Below are positions 1-12,100 of a DNA stretch of 64,000 nt, one piece after another. The notes beneath the pieces are model-generated. The model had not been told where the DNA came from. It did not search any database and was given only the letters and a program-made list of their open reading frames with translations. The stretch comes from Octopus sinensis (Eukaryota): assembly GCF_006345805.1 (NCBI RefSeq), contig NC_043001.1, forward strand, positions 42,222,001 to 42,286,000, in the 5' to 3' direction. The position numbers were made by a program, and so were the translations under genes. The first letter of the stretch is position 1. Every line of letters starts with the position of its first letter.

Positions 1-600
1 AGTTTAAGTACAAGCCTTTGATAAAATTAACTTTGGTGAAAATGGAAGAATAGATTAGGGTTCAAAGCTGGTGAGATGTTGACAATGAATCAAAGAATAT
101 TGAACTCTGCTTTCATTATCTTGCAGTAGATTTGGCTGTTGATAAAATATTGTCTGCTGATGTTAGTGAGCAACACATTTCAGACTTTGAAAGCTTTGTT
201 TTATTCATTTGGATATTTCCCGATAAACAATTTCTGTATCTTAAGTTTGTGATTGTTGAAAGCTTGGAAATTGTCATTGACTATGCCTAAATGATCTTGT
301 CCACTTCATTTTTAGTTGTTTCTCTGAAGTATATTTTCTTTTGCTGTGCATGATCTGCTTAGGACTGGCAGTTAAGAATCAATCAGGCTTGTAGTGTAGA
401 TAAGAGTATGAGGCTATGTCCAAAGTGAGCTAAAGATACAGAAGTAAAGGCCAAATTTGTAAATAAGGATGATGATAAGTTTCTGAGGAGAAACAGTGAT
501 GTGAAGGTGGAAGAGGTTAGTTGATGTGTCATTGAAATAATTTTCTTTGATAGACTTTTTCCAAGATTCCAGGTGATAGTACTTTGCAAAATGCAAAGCT
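1..600 (-). mobile_element. Highly decayed Penelope-like reverse transcriptase remnant
   Basis: Minus-strand frames give broken RT-like motifs (LTLDIASYSYLH resembling motif A, then IFYQQ about 65 aa later as in PLE RT motif B); many stops. Confidence 0.3.
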
Positions 601-829
601 ATTATGAAATAGATTTCATTTCTTCATTTCACAAAAAGATGCATTGCTATTATCATCATTATAACACCCACTTTTCTATGTTTGCATGGGCTGGAAGGAG
701 CAGATTTTCTATGGTTGAATGCCCTTCCTGTTACCTACCCTCACCTATTTCAAAACAAAGTAATATTTTCCCTATGGCCAAAAAGATTCTTACAGAACAT
801 TGGAAATGAATGACACTATTTGTATAACA

Positions 830-1023
830 ATGGCATTCATTTACAACTATCACATGATGTCAAGACAAGGAGATATACCCACACACACACAAAACAGACT
901 TCTTTCAGCTTCCCTCTACCAAATCCACAAGGCTTTGGTTGACTCCAGGCTAAAGTAGAAAACACTGAACCCAAAATCATGTTTTTGGGAAACATACTTC
1001 TTAACCACACAGCTACGCATGCA
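830..1023 (-). mobile_element. Decayed tRNA-type SINE
   Basis: Reverse strand begins GCGTAGCTGTGTGGTTAAGAAG (A-box-like head), followed by a body ending in a TG-rich tail. Confidence 0.55.
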
Positions 1024-1302
1024 TTAAAAAGGGATATGTATGAAATACTTAATAAATTTTTCTTTAAACTTTACCAAAATTTTCATCTTTTACTCTTTCA
1101 AAATTGTTCAACGGCTTTTTAAATTCATATTATTTATTTTTAATTTTCTATTTTATTAATAGTATATTTTGACAAATAACCAAACCACAGCTAAAAAAAA
1201 AAAACATTTGGTGTTGAAGTGGAACTTTTCTTGTGACTTTTGTATGCATTGCATTTCACTTTCAGAAGCATTTAAAAAAGAAAACTGGATTTTCTTTTTC
1301 AG

Positions 1303-1500
1303 GATCAGTTAAATGAAGAGGGTCTAAATCAAGCATTCAACAATCTTGGCCTAAACCCAGGAGGAGGCATTGATGGTGGAGGGAATAGCAGTGGCAGCAG
1401 TGGGAACAATCCAGATATTCTGCCTGTCATGCAAAACATGATGAAAACCCTTTTATCAAAGGAAGTTTTGTATCCCTCCTTGAAAGAAATTTCTCAAAAG
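1303..1500 (+). CDS. PEX19: Peroxisomal biogenesis factor 19, internal exon (earlier exons lie upstream of this one and were not found in the window)
   Basis: tttctttttcAG|...|GTaaac; 198 nt, phase 0/0; DQLNEEGLNQAF...DILPVMQNMMKTLLSKEVLYPSLKEISQK matches the Pex19 C-domain motif MM..LLSK.VLYP.LKEI. Confidence 0.95.
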
Positions 1501-2194
1501 GTAAACTTCCTTTCTTGCAATATTGTAAATATTTTGAGAAACTGAAAGACTGTAACTGATTTTTCTGTAAAGAATATGCTATTCTAGCAAAGGAAGAACA
1601 TTACATATGCATGTATGTGATGCCTAGGTTTTGTACAATAAAGAAGCAAAAGATATTGTATATATTTTTGTGGTTATATTATGAGAATGTGGTGTTCGAC
1701 AATAAACCTATAAAAATGTGCCACAAGAGATGTGATATTGCTACAATCTTCACAAGTGTCTCATAGAAGAAGCCATTATGATAAGTCCTAATGTTGAGTT
1801 GTATATGGAAGTTAAATTTTGTATATGAACGTCTGAGTGTGTGTGTTTGTGCTTTTGTTACATATGTTATTAAACACACACATACATCTACACGTACATA
1901 TACATATGTGACGAGAATGGCTGGAGGTGAAGCTCTTGACAAAAAACAATTAGGTGGCAAGTCCAAAGTATATCAAAATACACATCTGTCATTCAATTAA
2001 CAGTTTATAATTATTGCAGCAGTTGCAAGGTAGTTACAATATGCGTATATTTAGGTAGTTACAATATGCTTATATTTAGTTAAGTTACACTGCATACAAA
2101 AATACAGACATACTACATACATGCAACTGCTTACAAAAATAGAGATTAATTTTCTTCTATGTTCATAATTTTTGGTTTAGAATATTGAAAAATT

Positions 2195-2866
2195 ATGCCA
2201 CCAAAGAAAAAAACGTATCTCTCCAGAAACACCTATAAAGCAAGGAGGAGTGCAAAAAACCAAAGGTGAGAGTCTCAAGAGATAAGGGACATGACACTTT
2301 CCAAAGATCACCGAACATATGCTGCAGCATGTCAAATACAATCTCAAGAGAGAAAGAAGAAGAGACTTTCTGAACATCAGCAAAGGAATGCTGTAGCACA
2401 TCTGATGGAATCTCAAGATAGAAGGGTGATGAGACTTTCTCAAGATCAGCAATGGCATGCTGCAGCACTTAATACTGAATCATTAAAAAAAATTTAGCAT
2501 GCCAGATTACACAGAGTTCCAAGATAATAGCTCTCAGAAACAGACCACATACAAATTCGTTCTTTACAACACCTGGAGCTGCTTCCAGATATGATCCATC
2601 CCATTCTTATAAAAATGATAATTCTCTCCAAATTGGTATGCTAAACTCAAATTGTCATTTATGCAAAGCTTTAAAATTTACTCCACAAATGTTTTGCCAT
2701 CAATGCTACACTTGCCTGTATCACCTGTTTAAACATAACTGTAATATATATATATATATCATCATCATTTAACGTCCGTTTTCCATGCTAACGTTATATA
2801 TATATATATATATATATCTAAACTATACCATTATTAATCCCGAGCAATGCCAGGTATCTCTGTTAG
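2195..2866 (+). mobile_element. Internally deleted Helitron in PEX19 intron (RepHel N-terminus plus 3' end)
   Basis: MPPKKK... with 23-aa E(S/T)xE-type repeats, then YDPSHSY...IGMLNSNCHLCKALKF (Helitron N-terminal Cys motif); 3' end CCCGAGCAATGCCAGG hairpin (2839-2854), then TTAG|T, a variant of CTAG|T. Confidence 0.7.
2758..2790 (-). mobile_element. Ultra-short RTE/SINE 3' tail insertion in (TA)n
   Basis: Reverse strand reads TAGCATGGAAAACGGACGTTAAATGATGATGAT, the same terminal family as the RTE copies in the window. Confidence 0.8.
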
Positions 2867-2989
2867 TTTGATTATAAAAGAAACAGTTCAAATCTATCTA
2901 TGCAAATTCATATTAATGTGTATCAGTTTTGAGTTCTGAATATCAGACATATTTCCAGTGTTCTATTGAAATAATACTTTTCTTTACAG

Positions 2990-3166
2990 TATCCTAAATG
3001 GCTAGAGGAAAATTCTGGAAAGACAGACAAGAAGTTGATTGAGAACTATAAACATCAGTATACTTTGATGAAGACAATTTGTAATGAGTTTGAGAAAGAA
3101 ACAACCACAGATAGTGATGATGTTAAAAATGACAGATTTAATAAGATCCTAGAGTTCATGCAAGAA
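2990..3166 (+). CDS. PEX19: PEX19 internal exon
   Basis: ttctttacAG|...|GTaaga; 177 nt, phase 0/0; YPKWLEENSGKTDKKLIENYKHQYTLMKTICNEFEKE...RFNKILEFMQE. Confidence 0.95.
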
Positions 3167-3693
3167 GTAAGAACATCTTTCTTTACACATATGCACTCTA
3201 TTTGTCTATCTACCCCTCCCTCTGTCTCTGTCTCTCTCCCACTTTTATCACCACCATCCATAAGCACATATACATACAAGCACACACATGCATGCATACA
3301 CACACACACACACAAAACAGGAAGTGGGAAATTTAACAAAACATTTCATTTGTTAACATTTTAAAGTCATTTCAGATCATGTTTAATGTTTTATGTGGGT
3401 CTTTTTTCTTTGAGCTGTTTAGTTGTGGCTAATCTTTTTGCTGCATTTCTTTACTACATGTTGAAGAAAACTTTTTCTTAAGTCTTTTAAGCATACATCT
3501 GGGCTACTTGTTGACATGAAAGAAAAAAAAAAATCAAATGAAATCCCTGCTTGGTGGTTCATCTTAGGTTAATCTTGGCTAAGCATAAATGAAATATTTT
3601 AGGAAGCTCAAGTTAGAAAAAATCAATTTTTTTCAGAAAAGACAACACTAATTTTAATAAGAAACATTAAATAATGTTTCTCTAATTTTCCAG

Positions 3694-3738
3694 ATGCAAG
3701 AATTAGGACAACCTCCTAAAGAAATACTTGGAGAGATG
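3694..3738 (+). CDS. PEX19: PEX19 internal exon
   Basis: ttttccAG|...|GTaagc; 45 nt; MQELGQPPKEILGEM (conserved MQ..G.PP.E). Confidence 0.95.
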
Positions 3739-3913
3739 GTAAGCCTATTACTTATATTGTTTTCATTAAGATTAATTTATTTAGAATGAATTTATAACAT
3801 TTTTGTTGTTGTTTTTTTCTTTTCATTTATAACAGTCTCATGCATTTAAAATTTGTTGTCCTCACTGCTCTTATTATTTTCCTTCAAACCAAAGTGTTTT
3901 CCTGTACTTTCAG

Positions 3914-3988
3914 GCACCTGGGTTGGAATTTGATGCAAACGGCTTTCCAAAGTTGTCTCATTCTGGTGACCAATGTTCTATAATGTGA
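3914..3988 (+). CDS. PEX19: PEX19 last coding exon with farnesylation CaaX box
   Basis: gtactttcAG|; APGLEFDANGFPKLSHSGDQCSIM* with TGA at 3986-3988; a C-terminal CaaX is a hallmark of Pex19. Confidence 0.95.
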   Translation, partial: APGLEFDANGFPKLSHSGDQCSIM

Positions 3989-4721
3989 GTGGACTCAAAA
4001 TAATACTTGCTTTCCTCTCAACACATTCCAGGAAACAAAAAGGTAAAAAAAAATATATAAAAATATAAAAATCAACTTCAAAACAAACCAATGAGAGACA
4101 ATAATGTCATAAGTGAATAAGAAACATTGCAAAAGACCAAGAATGAGAAGAATTATCTGCAGACATGAGGTTGCTAATATGGATGTGCTGAGAACTGTTC
4201 CAAATATACAAGCTGTGATCTTTATTATTTTTTTTTTTGTCTTTCCCTCACCACTACTATCTTCCAATGAACCATTACTTAATCCTCCAACCCAAGATAA
4301 ACTTTTGGGATTATGTTGATACCTCTTTATTCTTTTTAAAATACCCTAACTTCACCCTTCTTTTTTTAGCCTTCCCTTATCTGTATAGCATCCTGTTTGT
4401 GTTCCAATCGTTTTGTTGTACACATGTAGATGCATCTACATATGAGTTCTTCTATTTATATGAACATGCGTGAGTGTATACATAAATGTGTGTGTGTGTG
4501 TGTATTTATTGCATGACTCTATGCATGCATAGATAGACAGATGAGCATAGTTGCCATATGGAGTTCAGTTATAAAGATAAATTCTGACAAATTTTCTTCT
4601 TTAAAGAAAGTCAAATTTGCTTTTGCTCACCTCTCACTCTTTACTTTCTTTCACTGCACTTTAGTTATCTCCATTTTGAATTTGAGTCAATCACTTTACT
4701 TTACTTTGATATGTATTTCCT

Positions 4722-4727
4722 AATAAA
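4722..4727 (+). terminator. Candidate polyadenylation signal for PEX19
   Basis: AATAAA followed by a GT/T-rich tract (ggtcgttttctttttt); other AATAAA hexamers exist downstream, so the true 3' end is unknown. Confidence 0.3.
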
Positions 4728-7700
4728 ATATAATGGTCGTTTTCTTTTTTTTAACCTTAGTGTTATGTTGGTATATTGGTAACTACTTTCAGGATCTGTA
4801 GTGCACATACAGAGTGTTTACCTGGTCTGGAATTTAGCACCAATCTTGATTGATAATAAATTTATTTTTTAAAAATTCAAATGAAAAGAAAATGATACCT
4901 AATCTCAATTTTAAAAATTGGTGCATTATATGACCATTTCATATGTTCTAGAGCTTTTACTCTTTTTTTTTTTTGTTGGAAGCAAATAGTTCCTTCAAAA
5001 TTAGTTGTTTGGAGGTCTCTTTGTTTCCCTAAATTTCCTTCCCTCTGACAGTTACATATCACACTCCATTTTATAGGAGAATTCATGGATGAGTGCAGTT
5101 GTCATGAGTAGTGAAGGAGGCCTTGCCTGGTGTCTGAATGAGAAAGAGAAAGTGAAACAAATAAATAAAAAAATGAATTAAAGTGAAGGAACTATGCGGA
5201 GAGTGAACATGAGGCCAAGAAAGTATCAATTTGTGTTTGTGCGTGTGTGAGAGAAAGAGAGAGAGAGAGCAGGGTCAGCTTGGAGAATGAAGAGGGAAGA
5301 AGTTAGAATTGGAGAGGGAAAATAGAAAATGCATTTGCTTGAATCCACACAGAGAGAAGATGGTGTTTATGTCAGGAAGGGAAGTGGGGAAATCAACAAT
5401 TAAAAGGAATAGGAAAACAAAGACCAACTATACCCTGAAATTTATTTTAAAATGTTTAAGCAAAAAGCATTTGTGGAATTCTTAATTTGTAGATCAGATT
5501 ATTTTATTCCATTTTAGTTAGCTAGAGAATATGAATTGTAATTTCCCCTGTACAAAAAGGCCTTATCTGGTTGCAAACATTTCAATTGGGTTTTTGCCTA
5601 TTAAGCTCATGTTTCATTATTAACTTTCACTTGTTTTCAATAAACATTTGATAGATAATATCTTGTTCTGCAGGATGGCTTGTAGAATATTTTGCATTAT
5701 TAACTGTATATTATTATGATATAGTTTGTATGTAATTATCTCATTTTCACTTGATGTTAGTAAAATATTTTTGTTTGGAAGTTAAGAACATTTGTGTCTT
5801 CAAGTTTGGTATGTTCGTAGGTATATTTGTTCTTGAACTATGGACTGCTATTAAAATAGTGTCTCTTCCTTATATCACAAAGTAATTAAGAGATAGTCTA
5901 CACACCACCAATCTATCAACATTTGCCCAGTCATTTTTGTTTTTGTTTTTTTAATCTGAAATAAATTTATCTTTGAAGGATAAATGTTTCTCTAAATTTA
6001 TAACTTGCCAATATATAAATTTCTATTGAAACATAGGACTACTTTAAAACAATTTCTCTTAGTTTTAAGCTAAATTTGAATATGAATTGAAAGGTGAAAA
6101 AAAGTATTTATTAGAAGAGTAATTTAAATTTATGATTGTGATAAAATTAACTGGTAGCTCTAAAATCAGAACTGTTATCAGAAATTAGCTTTGATAAAAT
6201 TAACATTCAAAAATTCATTAGTTAATTGTTTTTGTTCTCATTAAAGTTGACAGTATCTACTGGTTTTGAACTGCTTACATCAGTCTTATTGCCTCTACAA
6301 AGTACAATGCTTAACATTGAAATATTCTTGCCAGGATATATTTATCTTCTCAGCCTTCTTTGCTGCAATTGTTTATAATACCAATCATTTTAATTATGTG
6401 CAGTCAAAAATTAACTTTAGTATCATTTTACATTTCTGTCCTTTACTTTTTTTCCTCTGTAAATTAATTTGGTAATAGCAGTCATATATTTACATGTAAA
6501 TTTTCAAATATTTACTTCTCACATTGAAGGTCTCTTCTGCTTGGGGCAAAGATAGAAGTATAATTGTTTTCTTATTAAATAATTTTACATTAAGGCTGTA
6601 TTGATAAATAAATCTTTGTTCATACAAGAACTCTTTTATATATATGTATATATTGTGATACAGGAAGACTTCAGAATGTTAAAACTTAGAATTTTTTTAG
6701 GTATTTTTTTTATATGGTAATAATTTCATATAACTAGATCTTGGCATATCTTGGATATTATGTGATAACTATATACAGACAGATTATCATATGCAGTGAT
6801 GTAATTCTTTTATAAGCAAATCTTGACTTAAAGTTAGGTGATATTTCATCAAATGGTTATCATCTAGTAATTTTATGTTGACAAATTTCAGCATACTGGT
6901 AGATGAGTTTTTGTAATTAGATCTTGACTTACAGTAAAACAATTTTGTATGGAAAAACACAAATCATCATCAACCAGATCCTGATATTGTGCCATTGGAA
7001 TCAGTACAGAATCATGTTCATAATTATAGCTAAATTAGAATTGTGAAATAGATTTTTCTGATTATTTTTTTCATGCAAGTTCATGTGTGTGTGCATGTGT
7101 ATGTGCAAACATGTGTATGCATGCACATTGTATGTGTGTGTGTAGAAAACTATCTTTTTTTAAATTTTTTTATCAGAAATATTTTTATTTGCCTATTGTT
7201 TTTATCAATAAACAAAGCAATATTTTTCTCTTTTATCATTCATACCTGTGTCAGTATATATCTGGTTTTATTTAAAATTTCAAATATATTTATTATTAAG
7301 CTTTCAATGTAAACTGTCAAATTTGAAGGTAAAAATTGAAATGTTGGTCTAACTATAACTTATATTTCTTTTTAATGTTACTGTAACATCAAGAACAGCA
7401 ACAGTAATTATACTAATAATTATATTTTGCTTCTGACAGGGTTTAATGACTAAATCAATATTGTTTCACTTTGCTTCAGGATGGTTCAAGATTTTGTTTA
7501 AGTAGTGCCTTGTAGAATTTTTCCTTTTAACTATTCATTTGACATTGTTTTGATAAGACTTTATGCTCATATTTAGTGTGGTTTGTTAATGGTTTGAAAT
7601 GATAGTGAGTCACTGCAGTGCTTACAGTCCTTCAATTGATAGTAAGTCAGTGCAGTGTTTACATACTGCACACAAAATGTAAGTATGACAATCAAAACAG

Positions 7701-9132
7701 CACTCTAAGAGAAAAAAAGGAACACCAGTGTACTTATAAATCTGTCATCAACATTGTTACTAGATTTTTATGATCTACTTAAATATGTATATTCTTTTGT
7801 TAGTTTGCATTTGATTATTATCAGGGTATCAAAATGACTCCATCTTTGTCAGTTTTTTTATATGCCATACATTTACATTTTCTGAAACTAATTTTAATTT
7901 TTATACTCTTTGCTTTATACCAAACATTGTAATTGTATGGATCTTTGTGACAAAATGGAGATTGAATTAAAACAGTTTTATGTCCTAGATATATTGGATT
8001 AAAAAGATCTTATGTTTGGTCTACTATAATTTTTTTGTCTATATTTATTCTAAGGATGTATAATAGCTTCAAATTTTGTTTAGCTCATCAATTAAGACTC
8101 CCCAACTCTCTATTTTCTCTTTCTTTTTAATTTTAAGATTAGTTTCTAAAGAAATACATTTTCTAAACCAGAGATTTCTTTGATTTTGTGTAAAAGAGTT
8201 TAAGTATTTTCCTTTTTCAACACAATTCCTTCCAATTCCTGTACAAAATGATAGTTGGATAAGAAAATAATGTTATGGATGTATAACTTGTGTACAAAAT
8301 GTACTTCATTTCAAAATAATTAACTTTAGGTAGCTTAGTTTGTAATTTTAAAGATAGGAATATGAGGAGAGAGTTGAAATGTATCTTACATTTTCATTGT
8401 ATTTTTCCCCATTTGTTTTTAATGCTGTCTGTATGTATTTTTGTGTCTCTCTTTGTATTTGTGTTATTCTGAACACCTCTATATTAATGCATAATCAATC
8501 ATGCATTTATAAGCAAGTATTGCATGAATGTAGAAATTTATGCTCATACATATGCTGGCAAAAACAAGAAAAAAGCATGCATGTACAATATACACTTCAC
8601 TTTGTACATCAACACTTCTTTTAAAGAATTAATTTGATAAGCTTATGTAGAATTCTTTATTTTGTTTTATCATTTGTCTTTTTTTTTTTTTGAATGCTGG
8701 GTAGAACAGAACAGTAAGTTTGGATCAGTTTTGTACATTCAGAGGGTTATTAGCTGAATTCTATATATTTCACAATGGAAGAGAAAAGTACATTTTCTGC
8801 AACAGTAATATTGCCGGCCATTCCCCTCCCACATTCTTTGTATTATTTTTTGCAAGCATTTTTATTTTGTTTATTTATTTTATCTTCTTTTGTTTGGAAT
8901 TTGTTTTTTAAGCAAAAAAATAAAAAATTAATCAAGAATTATTTAATTGTTTCTTCGGGAACATTGAAGAAATTCTTTTTACAAGGTAATTCTGTTCAGT
9001 TTTATAAAGAGCAGAAGTGATAATTCTACAACACTAACGACAATAAAAAATTATTCAAGAAAAATGAAATTTGTTTTCTATTTCATTTTTGTTTTTTGTT
9101 TTTCTTTTGTTTTATTTTGTTCATTGTCTAAA

Positions 9133-9168
<36 letters not shown>

Positions 9169-12100
9169 TTTTTATGTGAGGAAGAAACAGCAAATGAACA
9201 GAATTTAATGATACCAATTTGAAAATCAGCTGAAATCATACCAGTTTTCCAAAAGAATAATCTAAATAAAGTGAAGCGGTTTTAGTGTTTTGTAAAGCAG
9301 ATGTAGTTTATAATGTCTTTTTACTGATGTCAATAATTTGGATAAGTACCAGATAAGTCCTGGGGACTGAGTTAAGCAACTCTCTTCCTCCAAATTGAGG
9401 CCTATATCAGTAATCAATAATTTGAAGAAAGTTTAATTCCAGAAAGCCACAAAAATTCATTGTTACCATTAACAAGGTTTTAAAGTACTATAAAGGTGAC
9501 TTTGAGAATTTCAATAACCAAAAAAATGGTCCTTGTACTTCCTATCAGATCTTAAGTTCATTTTATTAGCATTCATAAATGAATTAAAATACATCATTAA
9601 TAAATTATTTTCTTATCTCATTTTAACAGTATAGCATAACAAATTGCTTTTCAAAAAATTTTCTAATTTAATGTAATATTCAAAAGAGAATTTTGTTTTT
9701 GCAGTGTATGTTGTCTCCTTGTAATTTTCAGACAAAAAGTTTCCAATATTCCTTCTATTGCAGATGATAAAAACAAACTAGAAATGGACATCAATATAAC
9801 CTTCTAAATACAAAATAAGCTTCTTTTTTTTCCTTTCTTATTTTCTTTAATCCCAATAGATGAGGTTTTCCAATGCTTCCTTTGTCTTAATGCTGAAGTG
9901 AAATATTAGTGAAATGGTTCGCAAAATGAAGAAATTGATTTTCATCAATTTGTAATCATATATTAAATAATATTAAAATTATATAATGAAGAAGAACCAA
10001 GAATTCATTTGATAAATATATAAAAAATAAAACTTTAAAGTAAATTTACATTTTAGTAAAGCGATTTGTGAAATCAGAAAATTAAGAAAGTGGATTTGTA
10101 TTTAAAAATATTTCAGCTAATCATAATTTATCTTAATTGGGTACTGAATTAAATACTTTAAATGTTCTAACAAAAAGAATAACTACTAGTTATTTTTAAA
10201 ATAAAATATAATTATAATAATAAATATAATTATCATTTTTCTTTTCATTCTTACGGAGTTGTTAAAAAGTTATATGAAGTAGAAATTGCTATTAAAGCTT
10301 AGTTTTGCTATATTTTATTTGTGATGTGAGCTGTACACACATTTTGCATCATCTTCCATCATTCCAATTAGCTACATGTCATCTCACTCTTGTTTCTAAG
10401 CCAATGCACTTTAATTCTTTTCTCCATCTAATTTTGTTTCTTCATAATATGGTTCTCACTTCATACATAATTCATAAAATACATCTTATTTCTATAATAA
10501 ACATGCTTCTCTCATAATCCCTTTTTATGTATATACTGCTACATTCACCGGCATAAACATGTGTTTTACCTTATACCTAGGCACATTACTCATTCTCTTT
10601 AACTAGGGACACTGCTTGGCTCTTGCCCCAGTGTTTTGTTGCCTTTTAAATGAGTCTTTCATTGATTTTTTTTTTTAATTCAAATTGAACTCAGATCCTA
10701 ATTGCACTGTTAACAAGAGAAGAAAAAGAGAAATTATCTTATGGTGATCTGTCATTTACAATAATATGAAACATCTTGCAAATATTTATTATTCTAGTTC
10801 TTTGTTTAATGGCTGTACACTGATGGAAATGTAGTTTTTATTAGTTTTTATTTTTAGAGCAGATCTATGTTACAGATTTGTACTGAATGAAAATGATTAT
10901 CTTAAATTTCACTATTGGCTTAATTATTTTTATGATAATATAAGTTGAACATTGTGTTGTTAGCTTAACATTTTTCAAATCAACAATCTTTTGCAAGAGA
11001 TTCTAGTGGTGAACTGATTTACAGTCTGTGGTCACAAGCAGTCTGTTGCTTTAACTTGGCAGCATCAGTTGGCTGATCTACATTCAATCATATTACATAC
11101 TTCAGGCTATGGCAGTTAAAAAAAGGACACAGTCACCAGGTCTATTTCCTACACTTAGTAGATTTGATGTTATACAAGTAATAAAATATTTCCAAGATTT
11201 AGATTTATTGTATTTTACTTTCTTTTTCTTCTGTAATTTAAACTACCATTAATTTTGACTTTCTCACTTGTCTGTTTTAACCCTTTTCCATGAACATTTG
11301 AGTTGCTTTAAATGTTTCGTACCATAATTCTGAAGCTGTTAATAGAATCGTATTGTTCTCACTAATAATGGATCCTGTTTCAGAAATAACATTTTCTTTA
11401 TTATATAATATATATTTTTTAAATATTCATCAAACATTAGAAGCAAAGCAAGAAACTTGAAGACAACCAATTTGTGGTAATTTTAAGCTGAGCTGATTTG
11501 CCTCAGGTAAATTTTATTACTCAATAAGTCTATATCAAGGAAGCTAAGTCAACCTTCATAATTATACTGTTTTCTCTTAAATTCTGGAAGAGTTGTGATA
11601 TTGCATTGGTGCACTTAAATGCATGCTCCTCCTATGCTAATGTCATATTATTCTATGGTCAATTGCAACGATAGAAAGCCTCTAAAAATTCTCTAATTTT
11701 ATAACATTTTACCATTTTTCTTGTAAAACTCAAATATTTATACCAAAATTGATTTGAGAAAATTCTTGTAATAACCCTCAGAAAAATAAATCTTCTCTTC
11801 AATATTTTTTAAACTGCACTTTAAAATTTGTGCTCCATTGAATTAATGGGGTCTTTCTCCACAAATGTGTAACAAGACATTGGCTACACTGTTACTTCTT
11901 TTTTAACACCTATTATTAATCACTTTGTAACCACAAGTGAGAAAGAATCTCAGAGAATCTGTCATAGATATAGGGAAAGAAATTGATTAAAATATATCCT
12001 TCACTCCCCGCCTTTTTTTTTTTTTTTTTCAATAAAATAAAATCCTTTATCCATTTCCTAACTGGAAAATAAAATGCCAGTGAAATGCAATTGTTAAATA

